Assembly (NCBI GenBank): GCA_032718475.1
Contig: JAUCBJ010000312.1
Location: 1-50,740, forward strand
Direction of reading: 5' to 3'
Origin: Nemertoderma westbladi
Taxonomy: Eukaryota > Animalia > Xenacoelomorpha
Length of the DNA: 50,740 bases
The first letter of the stretch is position 1, and every line of letters begins with the position of its first letter. Under the pieces are notes generated by a model. It did not search any database, was not told the origin of the DNA, and saw only the letters and a program-made list of their open reading frames with translations. A program made the position numbers and the translations under genes. Positions 24,310-34,698 of this stretch are shown piece by piece.

Positions 24310-26699
24310 ATTTAAGTAGGAGGTTACTGTAGTTATATAAATACACAATAAATTCAGTATACGAAACGCAGGCATGCTCATCATTATTCAGAGATAAAGA
24401 AGGGGCTACTTTTAATACCACAACAAAACGACCTAGACTGTCCTATAACCACGACAAACTCATAACCTACATTAGGCAATCCAAGTCTGCTCCTAGTTCC
24501 TCAGACGAACTTATATCCCGGTGATCTTTAGATCTTAAATGAACTTAGACCCTATGTGAACTTAGATCCCGTTGAAATTAGATTTTAAGCTACTGTATGG
24601 GAGATTTCCTGGTCGATGATTTTATTTCATGATGTATTTTAATTGTATTTTAATGAAATTTAGTTAGTCCCTATCATGACCTACATCTGACTATAGATAT
24701 ACGACCCGCCAAGCTGCTGCAAAGCCCCTAAATTTAGTGGGCCAGTTATTTATCTTATATACTGTACAGTAGTACCCCTGAAACAATACGTCTAGCGCGT
24801 CGAAAGTACTTGTCCCTAACTAAAATTATGTCCTCTTATGATGTCCTGTCGAGATATGAGGCATTCCTGGCACCCCCACCATATCAACACCTTTCGGAAT
24901 TGATAAAATTACACTGTACATCAACTTCAAAGACTTTGGTATATCCATTAAACCATACTATGCTTTTTTAGTTTGTTGAATTAATTATTAGTAATCGTGT
25001 TCGCGCTTTTGAAGACCTTTAGCAGTTTAACCTGCCAAAATTTATATGTCTTTTAGTTAATTAACACACCTTTAGCATACGACAATATTTTATGCTAATA
25101 CGCAAAACATTAGCCGAAGCCAGCCCATGCGCGATCATTCACCCGATGGATCTACACCCGGGAGGCTGAATTCGGATGCTTAGATTTTATTATTGCAGTG
25201 TAAGGTTGCAGTGTAAACCTATTGTATTATTCGATAGATCACTAATATGTAATTTCTGACAGATATTATTAACTTTCGGGAAATATTAACAGTTCCTTTT
25301 GGACGTGGCGCTCTATCTATTTAAACAGAGCTAGGACTTATACTAAACGCAACGATAAGGCTTATGATTAAAGTATAAGTCGCATTCTTTAGGAAATGCT
25401 TTGTTACCAGTCACATCACACTCACAATCATGCACACTATTCTGCCGACCGTCAGTATATTTGATCACACATAAAGAGAACAGCAATTGACTCAGGTAGT
25501 GTCTACTAAATAACATTAGATTCAATACACACCACATTGATATAAATCGCAATTGTTATATATAGCCCGCCTCTCTAACCTGTAGTGTATCAAGAAAATT
25601 GGGAATTTTGGGTGATTTATCCGTATTCTCCAAAGAGCAATATTTCCATCAACAAATAGATACAATTAATAACTGACGGTAAATAGCAGTACAAACAATA
25701 TGATTAGTGCAGTTAAATTAAATGAGGTAACACCGCCGGTAACAGTTATACTTTCTATAATCTAAGCAGTTTTACTAGAGTTCTTCCCAAAAAGCCGGTG
25801 TTTCTGGCTTAGACAGCAATAACAACAAAGTATCAAGTAAGAGCAGTAAGACTGAACACTCTCCTTATGATCGGCTGAAAAGCTACACGTCGACAGGAAA
25901 AATCGCTCTGATTGGCTCAAGCCAAACAAAGAACCATGCATCCAATGGCTGTTTCCATGTCAGCAACCAGCTGTTAGATGTCGTAATATGAATCATCACG
26001 GCTAAGCTGTGAAAGGTAGTTGGTGCATTACAGGTTTTTTGCCTTACCATGTCCGCCAAAACACGTATATAACAGAATGACTTTTATGTCCGTTAAAACA
26101 CCTGTAACGGTACCTTGCGGGCGAGGGGAATATATATACAGTTAGAGAACCTTTTTAGAGTATTCCAGCGCCTGGGGGGAAACTGGATTGCGAAGCAAAA
26201 GGGGCCAGTTATATCCCACAGAAGCTTTTACAAATCGAGAGCAAGATTACAAGGAAATTTTTCAATTTTTTTATCCATATATACTAAAAGAGCACCAAAA
26301 GTGAAAGTAGCACTTTTTTCAAACGTGGTAAATTGGCCATACAGTTTGGCTACTGAGGTTTTAGAATGTGCTGATTTCATTGGGAAGGTTTATTCCTCTT
26401 CATCAAACATATCGAAGAGTTGTGAATTATAACAACATAGGCATGTTACTATATAAGTTATTAGTCAGTTATTTGTGCCCCCTGGCCCTGGAGCGTTTAG
26501 CGTGAGCTACTGTAAGTTTAGTGTATTTTTATCTTTTGATCATTAAAATAATACGTAATAGAAGTATTAATACATATACGCGTTTTTCAGTACAAAGTGT
26601 AGTGATCTAGCTAGCTATATGAATCATTGTTTAGTTGTGTTGCCTAGCAACATATCCAGCATCCTTAGCTGGGAAACCTATCAGCTAACGTTCTAGTTC

Positions 26700-27500
26700 C
26701 GCGCGAAATAACAAGTAGTGGAAATATGATAATAATATGATATGATTACCACGAAAACAAATTGATTTTATGACCATATAGGTTTTTATGGATCCTGATC
26801 ACGAATATGACACTGAAAAAATATCGTACCTTGTTGATTGCGGCTTTTTTTGGATACGTGTCAATGTGCGGCACGAACAATACAAGTAGCACAAATTTCA
26901 TAATGAAAAATCATTACCAAATCAACCTGATTTTATAACATTTGGGTTTTTTGGGATGCTGATCACGAATATGACACTCATAAATATCGTATAATCCAAC
27001 CAAATTTGATTGTTGCCGTTTGAAATGTTATGCTACTTGTATTTTTCGTCCCACAAGACAAACACCAAAAACAATAGTTGCGTTACCACAAATTATTTCT
27101 ACCAAGTTGTAGGCCTATCGTGATAAGCGACCTTGAAAACCAGTTTATTTCAGAATTACCATACCAAATGCAAAATTTAACAGTTTCAAATTTTTGCTAC
27201 TTGTACTTTTCGTTCTGGGGCAGCAGAATGGCACCAAAATTGCGTTTGCACATACCAGAAATATTTATAACTACTTACATCGTGATCAGCTACCTCGAAA
27301 TCCCATATACGTTTCGAATATTCAAACCAAACACAAAATGTTTAGTTTGACAACTTTTACTTGTACTGTAGGCCTACAGTACTTTTCATCCTGGGGGGCC
27401 AAAATAGCACCAAACATGATTGATGCATTGCCAGAAAATATTTTTAACAAGTTTTAACGTGATCAGCGTCCTCGAAATCCCTTATACCATCAAAATTGTA
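26700..27500. mobile_element. Degenerate DNA-transposon subterminal repeat region
   Basis: gg(a)t(c/g)ctgatcacgaatatgacact occurs twice (26790-26815, 26955-26980). Inverted gtgat(c/a)agc..cct(c/t)gaaa occurs three times (27120, 27282, 27459). Termini not identified. Confidence 0.35.
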
Positions 27501-28753
27501 ATTTTTCAGCCAAGATCTAAAAAATTTATAAAATAACCCCCCCAACCACTCCCCACGGGCCAATCAATTACTTAGGCCTACTGTAATAATAGACCGGGCC
27601 AGATAGCACATAGGGTTAACTCAGGATTAACGTACCGGTAACTCGGGATTACAGTAGTAACTGAATATGAATCTCTTAATTCCGCATCAAATACATAGTA
27701 GAGTAAAATAAAGTATCAGTTCCTCAAATCATTAAACGACACTATATTCCAGGATAGTTAATAATAATTCCCCTAAATAATATCAGTTCCTCATTATAAT
27801 GAAGTTGTAATAATGATTTATCTCAACTGATCTATTATGTATCAATAACCTTTGTCTATTAAATCCAAGACAGTAAGAAGCGAACACTGTTAAGGTGGCC
27901 ACGCATATTGTCTTACTTGAGATCCTCCGGAAGGGCCGATATGTCTTCGGGGGATTCAGTTCAGATAGGTGTCCCGCTGGTTTATGCAAGGAGAATAAAC
28001 CTAGCATGATGATACCTAAAGAATGACCGGCCCCCCAACACCAAGTCCAGCAATAGCTTCACATCTACATCAGATAAATTTAATTTTACTCTCCTTCATG
28101 AATTTTGATGGACGATAGACGGTATATTATTTTTACTGGCGGTCTCGAGGAATTCGAGGCATTTATAACACATTATACGAGTGGGGCATATAGATGGCCC
28201 ATAACAATAAGCATGAAAGTACAGCATAGATATTTGATTATTGTTATTGTATTTGATTCGATTATTTTATTATAAATTAGGATCTGTTTGTTATATATAT
28301 ACATCGTGTCAGTGAACTAGTGTTTCTGTTATTCCCTGTCAGCTTGTAAGCAAGGCCTATTTGGCTGGATTAGTGGATTTCCACGACTTTCGGTACCAGT
28401 AGGGGGGTGTTAATTTTGTCAATTGTTTCAAATTTACTAATTATCAATAACAGAAAATAAAAATACAAAAAGTGGACGAAAAATATTATGCAAATGAACA
28501 CATGATGGTTCCAAAAAAATGTGGTAACCAAAAACGGAAATGGAAAATAGGACATTTTTGAAACTTTTGTTGCTGTTGATCATTATCTTTTTGGTGGTAT
28601 ATAATTGTCCATGCAGTTTGTAAACACATTCGAGACATTTACAAATAATTGGGGTGGAGTTTACCCCCCCCCCCCCCCCCCCCCCACCCTCTTATAACTT
28701 TTTATCTGTGTTTTAAATTATTGTCTTTGGAAAAAAAAAACTGTGATATGAGG

Positions 28754-28884
28754 GGGTGACAGACCGAACGTAATCAGGATCGAATGAAACATAGTTTTTA
28801 CGAATCGAACGTAACCTCAATTATGTTACATTGGATCCTATAACTATGTTACATTCGATCCTGATTACGTTCGGTCATGTATCC
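28754..28884. mobile_element. 131-bp Mutator-like MITE with 9-bp TSD
   Basis: TSD gatatgagg at 28745-28753 and 28885-28893. TIRs gaccgaacgtaatcaggatcgaatg / cattcgatcctgattacgttcggtc, with GG...CC ends. Confidence 0.85.
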
Positions 28885-29194
28885 GATATGAGGTACTGGA
28901 CCTTTATGAACCGTAGACTGGGCAAAATGCACTCCAACATTTATATGGCCTAATTAATGAAATCCAACGTATTTTTAAATTAACTTTTAACACAATTGAT
29001 ATTCAACGTTTATTATTCATTATAAACAAGAGTTTAAGCTTAGGGGACGGACATAGGGACATATTATAGCAGTTCAATCTACAAATAACAGAATAACGTC
29101 ATATATCGTTTATATAGTTCAAACTGCAAACAGGGTGCAATTGGGTCTACCAATATACATGTAAGTTACGAAACGTTTCTTACAAACATTACAG

Positions 29195-29739
29195 TTACCG
29201 AGTCTCCCCACTGCGGATACATTTGTGGTGCTTTACTTGATATCGGTGCGAGAAACATTTGCTACACGTGTCGCACACGAACGGACGCTCGCCTGTGTGA
29301 ATTCTTTTGTGGGTCGTTAAACTCCCGTTCTCTGCAAATCCCTTCCCGCACTTATCGCACACGTTCACCGGGGGACTTAGTTGAGAGAAACGTTTCTCAC
29401 ACAAGTTGCAGTTATACGGTTTCTCACCACTGTGGGTCCGCTTGTGCTCGGTTAGGTGGCCTGGTTGAGAGAAAAATTTGTTGCAGATGCCGCATTGGTA
29501 AGGACGCTCGCCGGTGTGGATCCGTTTATGTGCAATTAGGCGGCAGTTCCATGCGAACGTCTTACCACAAGTATCACAGCTGAAGGGCTTCTCATTGGAG
29601 CGGCTTCCTTTCGCAATATCTTGGGGTTGAATTCCAGAGGGACCAGGTTGGTGGAAGGGATTATTCATACTTCCGGGTGTTACGTCATCTTTGGAAGTGA
29701 GCATGTCTGAATCATCAGGAAATGGTTGAGATTGGTCGC
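29195..29739 (-). CDS. Terminal exon encoding a tandem C2H2 zinc-finger array (5 finger starts, 3rd truncated)
   Basis: CxxC..HxxxH fingers with TGERP/SGEKP linkers. Acceptor actttctctag|GC at 29740/29739 is phase 1 and opens DQSQPFPDDSD into ORF 29195-29704. Confidence 0.85.
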
Positions 29740-29802
29740 CTAGAGAAAGTAATGGAGTGGATTAATAATGGATAATAATTTATCATTATTATTCAATAAT
29801 AA

Positions 29803-30558
29803 AGTGTTAGTCTTTTTGTAAACTCCAAGAAGACCAAAATCATGACAGGCAACCTAGACAGCCTTCAAGAAATGTCTGCTTGTAAAAGCATAAGCTCCAA
29901 GGATGGCTTGCTTGAGCACGTGAATGTCTTCTGCTACTTGGGATCATAGATCAGAAAGTCAGGTGAAGGCGTTCGGATACGTAAGGTAAGGCATGGGCAG
30001 CGTTAAATCGTCTGTCCAGGATTTGGAAGTCCCATAGAATAAAACGGAACCTTAAGGTTCGAATATTTATGGCAGCAGTAGTACCAGTACTTTTATAGGT
30101 GAGTCCATGCTGGGATCTAACTGTAGATCTCTGGATGGCACTTTCACAAGAATGCTGCGCCGGGTTCACTGTATCAAGTACAATGAACACATCTCCAATC
30201 AGACTCTATAAAACATTGGATGTGTTCCATTAATCACCCCTAGCTTCACACTTGAACAGAACCGCCTCCGCTTTGCAGGACATTGCTTTCGCCGTGAGGA
30301 CCAGCCAGTGCATAATCTTGTGCTTTGGCGGCCTCATGGAGTGAATAAGCATGGTGGACAGCCCATGGCTTTCTTGAGACGCATCTTAAAGGACACTGGC
30401 CTTGAAGATGCGGATGATCTAGCAAATGCCATGGGTGATAGGGAGTTGTCACGGCGCAATTTTGTCGACAAGCCGGCACAACCTTCTTAATATATATGTA
30501 ATATATATATAATGCAGCTGCAATGCAGCATGCCGATCGTAGTAGTAGTAGTAGTAGT
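29803..30558 (+). mobile_element. 5'-truncated RTE LINE, family A, with (TAG)n tail; intronic and antisense to the ZnF gene
   Basis: VNSKKTKIM, FCYLGS and HNLVLWRPHGVNKHGGQ motifs. Ends gcagctgcaatgcagcatgccgatcg(tag)n. Confidence 0.9.
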
Positions 30559-31035
30559 GGTCGGATATAGAATGTATTGGAGCGGAGTAATAGTGGATAA
30601 TAATTTATCATTATCACTAGTTTACAATAACTGTAGTTTTAAATTCATATAATTTCTGATACAATCATTACAGTAATAAGTGTAAATAAAACCGACCTAC
30701 CATGGATATTTCACAGAATTAGAGGTTGAAGTCACAATAGTTGATTTGGGTTTAATAATTAAATTTTTTTATTATTACATTTTCTGATATTATTCGATGA
30801 ATTATTAACTGCAAAACACCTATCTAGTGGAAATCTTTCTGAATACGCCCACTGTCATTGGGGTGCGAGACAAGAGGAACTAATTTGGTAGAGAAGTTGC
30901 AGGGCTCTGGGAAAATATTGCAGCACTGATTAATGTGATTATGGAGTGTCTCGGAAAAACGGAATAGACGCAATAGGTAGGACCTATTTATAAGACAGTG
31001 ATTCAGATATGTAATCACAATAACTTGTGCGAAGC

Positions 31036-31167
31036 AGAATGGAATCCCTTGTATTTATTTGTATTTCTTCATCTGGATAATAGAGTCCAGCCATTTCTCT
31101 GACACAGAATGGAATCCCTTGTATTTGTATTTCTTCATCTGGATAATAGAGTCCAGCCGTTTCTCTG
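31036..31167. repeat. 66-bp tandem repeat x2
   Basis: Same unit as 14803-15000. Confidence 0.9.
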
Positions 31168-31435
31168 GCAAAGCTAAAAAAATGGGATATCTCTATTCTG
31201 GAATATTATTTGCAATTCGTCTTGTTTTGGAAATAGGCTTCGTATATTTTGATATTTTGGTGAGAAAGACTTGGCTGGATTGAATTTAATTAAACCAGAT
31301 AAAAACCATAAAAAACAAAAACTAAACTCAGAACTATCATAACTGTCACTATAAATAAACAATTGCCGGTACTCTGACCAGTTTGGCGGCAATTCGGACT
31401 AAAGGATGTTTACTATACAAATAATAGTAACTCAC

Positions 31436-32376
31436 CGATACCGAAAACTGTCGATTTACGGGCCAACAGGAGGTTGTAGGTGTTGGAAAGGTTTAAGTTG
31501 AAGTCGTCTAGAGACTGAGTACCGGTAGTGAGGGTTGGTGAGGAGCTAGTGAGGATATTGTGATATTGTAGAGGGATATTGTGATGGATTCCATATGCTA
31601 CATCTATTGGGGAGAACAAATCGCCCAAGCCATCGCCAATCTCATCTATATCGGGTTTATATTCCAGTTCGTCTTCCGTCTTAAAGCGTAGGAATCCCGG
31701 AACATGTGATTGGTCTGCTGATAGAGGTTGTGTAGAATAGTGGTTTGAGTTGGTTGTGGTTACTGCGGGGGTATTGGAGGATATGTTGTTATAAGGCAAT
31801 AAAGTTGAACTGGCTGTAGTATTACTCGATTCAGATTCAATGAGGTTTGGTTTGGTGTCTATCAGACTCAGTTAGGGATCTATTTGTCTTTGTTCTCCTA
31901 GGAGGTCTGTCTGGTTGAGATGTTGTAACCTCACCACACAGCCACAGTCTGCATAGAGCAGTAGAGGAGAGTTCGGTAGGTCTGTAGGTGGCGTGCGTTG
32001 ATTCGAGTCTCGAGATTTCGGATGCTTTCCTGTCGCAGGATTGTCATTGTGGTGGTACGTAGGTGTCGATGCCGATGTCGTTAATGGACACTGCGGCATA
32101 CTGGTCTCGTGGTACCCGGCAGTCGGGACAGTGGCCGGTGATTGGGTCGTGTTATCCGAGGAGGTGGAGGCGTTGTTAGATCCAGTAGCGAGTGAACGCA
32201 GCAGCCATTCGCTAATATGACCTGACGTACATTTCCTAACAACATAATTGTCCAGAATTGTCCAGGTATTCATCGAGAAACTTCCGCACAAACGAATCAT
32301 TTTCTGAACAGATATTCGCAAACATAGATTTGGTAATTAGCAATGCGTTGTCCGACTCACAAGTAAACCGTTCCAT
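31436..32376 (-). pseudogene. First coding exon of the ZnF gene (copy 2), frameshifted
   Basis: ATG at 32376 (MERFTCESDNALLITK...). Net 11-nt loss at ~32250-32265 relative to copy 1. Donor ATCG|gtgagt at 31436/31435 is phase 1, compatible with the ZnF exon acceptor at 29739. Confidence 0.7.
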
Positions 32377-32550
32377 TGTCTGTTTGACTTCAGAGTTCAG
32401 GTCTGAGGTCGTCCCGGCCCGGTACAGACACAGAGTACAGTACGATATGCAAAGAATAGTATTTCTAAATATAGGCCTAACTGCTGAACTGCCTAATGCA
32501 GTAATATGCTAATGCTGTAATGGGTTAGTTAGGGTGGGCAGTATGCAGTA

Positions 32551-32683
32551 CCGTAAACCGGGGCTACTTTGAACAAATTCTGAACGTTTTGACCTGTAAT
32601 TCTCCCAAAAATGTGCAGGTGTCTAATTTGTTAGGTTTAACATAACATTATTGAGCCATTTTGTCACCTTTATATCTTATAAG
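32551..32683 (+). mobile_element. Left part of a pogo-like MITE, split by the IS3EU-like insertion (continues at 42353-~42495)
   Basis: ta|ccgtaaaccggggctactttgaac terminus. The ggggctactttga motif recurs directly and inverted at 42400-42495. Right terminus not found. Confidence 0.55.
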
Positions 32684-32936
32684 TACGGTGGCTGAATTGT
32701 GCCACTTAATACTTTTTTTTATTTTTTTTTTGAAGCGACTTTTTGGTCGACCAAAAAGTACTTTTTGGTCGACCAATAAGTCGACTTTTTGGTCGACCAA
32801 AAAGTCTGGAAGTATTATCCAATAGAAAACATACAACTATTTTCGAGGCAAAATCAAATTACATTAAGTGAATTAGGTGGTTATTTAAAACCGTAACACT
32901 ATCATGATGAAGGATTAATATCCTAGGTACCGGTAG

Positions 32937-33440
32937 GCCTAGCGATCAATGTGTTTAACAAAGCTTTATGTACACCGGTACAGTAATTTGATTTTACCTC
33001 CAAAATAGTTATATATATGTTTTCTATTGGATAATACTTCCAGACTTTTTGGTCGACCAAAAAGTACTTTTTGGTCGACCAAAAAGTACTTTTTGGTCGA
33101 CCAAAAAGTCGACTTATTGGTCGACCAAAAAGTACTTATTGGTCGACCAAAAAGTACTTATTGGTCGACCAAAAAGTACTTTTTGGTCGACCAAAAAGTC
33201 GACTTATTGGTCGACCAAAAACTCCTTTTGGTCGACCAAAAAGTAGTTTTTGGTCGACCAATAAGTCGACTTTTTGGTCGACCAATAAGTAGTTTTTGGT
33301 CGACCAATAAGTCGACTTTTTGGTCGACCAAAAAGTCTGGAAGTATTATCCAATAGAAAACATATAACTACTTTGGAGGTAAAATCAAATTACTGCACCA
33401 GTACAGAAAGCTTTGTTAAACACATTGATCATCGCTAGGA
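32937..33440. repeat. ~500-bp palindrome centred on an array of the 22-bp palindrome ACTTTTTGGTCGACCAAAAAGT
   Basis: Arms cctagcgatcaatgtgtttaacaaagc...ggataatacttccag and its reverse complement at 33330-33440. The same unit occurs at 32738-32805 and 42258-42301. Confidence 0.95.
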
Positions 33441-33493
33441 TTTTATTGTTTCATCCGATAGAATTACATGTTTAGAATTATATTTGCTGAGTT

Positions 33494-34698
33494 ATGGCAG
33501 AACCAAGCGATGTTGAATTGGGTGAACTAGAGGGAACTCTATAGATGAGTCTATTCGAACTTGGTTTTGGCTGAAAATTCCCTATTCGGATATTTTGGTA
33601 CTTTTGTCGAGTCAATATGGCATATCTATCTATGTCTTTGAGAACCTTATGCCGACGTTTTCAAACGATAAACCTGAGTCGTGTAACAGATACCTCCGTT
33701 GAAACTTTCTGGAAGCTTGTTTCGAACGTTGTCGAAGTAACATTTAATAACCCTGAATTTGGTTATTGCCAGGTGCAAAAACGAATTATCCTAAACTACA
33801 AATTATATGTATCCATGGATATTGTACGATTGATTATGTCTTTAATAAATCCTGAAGCCGCACTAGAGCGAACGAGAACGTTGGGTCATCCTAGGATTTA
33901 CACGAATAAGGGGCCAAACTTTATCTGGCACTGCGATGGATGGGATAAACTAAAGCCCTATGGCTTATCAATCCACGGGGCTATTGATGGCTTTTCCCGT
34001 AAACTTTTATGGTTGAAAGTATCTGCCAGCAATAAAGACCCGTTTATTATTGCGCAGTTTTATCTCGATACAATAACTGATCTCGGTGGATTTCCTCAAT
34101 GTATCCGCGCTGACAGGGGCACTGAAAACGTAAATATAGGAGCCCTTCAAACTTTGTTTTCACTAATTTTCACCGTTTGTGATAAGCCTGCATTTTTATA
34201 TGGTAAGAGCGTGGCTAATCAACGAATAGTTTTTGGAGCAAATTCCCCGTTTTAGGGATGCACTCAATCCTAGAGTTTTTCCATGATATGGACCAGAATG
34301 GAATATTAGACACTTCAAACTACTTGGATATAGAAGTCTGCCGATATGTGTTCATGACTCACGTGCAGAGTGTACTTGACGATATTGTCATTCACTGGAA
34401 CTCACACCGCATTCGCAAGCCTAAACATGGGGTAGCGCCCGGTGGAATTCCAGATGTTTTCTACCATTTAACCTTGCCTAACTACTTAACAAAAATTGAA
34501 CCCACCGTTACTATTATCCCTGAACTCAAGGAAATATTTGCTTTCAAACGTAAGCCATGCATAAAGGAGGTTACTGACTTCTGTAATCTGGAACTCGCAA
34601 TTGCCAATAAACCTTATCCGGAATTACTTAACTCACTCTCCGACCTTCAGGATACTTTTGAATTTTTAATTAATATAGCGCGTGATGCTTTGGATTAA
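33494..34698 (+). pseudogene. Integrase-core (rve-type, IS3/IS481-related) DDE transposase, inactivated
   Basis: GPNFIWHCDGWDKLKPYGLSIHGAIDGFSRKLLWL, RADRGTENV, GKSVANQRI and WNSHRIR. A frameshift removes the Glu expected in NQRIE, and there are stops in the N-terminal part upstream of 33617. Confidence 0.9.

Noticed and set aside
27595-28200. Harbinger-like relic (gggcca...tggccc ends, weak Myb/SANT-like peptide)
   Set aside because: The terminal match is only 6 bp, there is no TSD, and the peptide similarity is too weak.
29751-30614. ~39-bp direct repeat (29751-29789 and 30576-30614) as the TSD of the RTE copy
   Set aside because: Neither copy abuts the element ends, so it cannot be called a TSD.
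30701-31018. Possible middle exon of the ZnF gene (donor-like atg|gtaggt at 30701)
   Set aside because: The phase-1 frame contains TGA just before the donor, and no consistent open frame was found.
33027-33356. ORFs and a CRISPR-like look in the GGTCGACC array
   Set aside because: The palindromic units abut with no spacers, and the ORFs are translations of the repeat.
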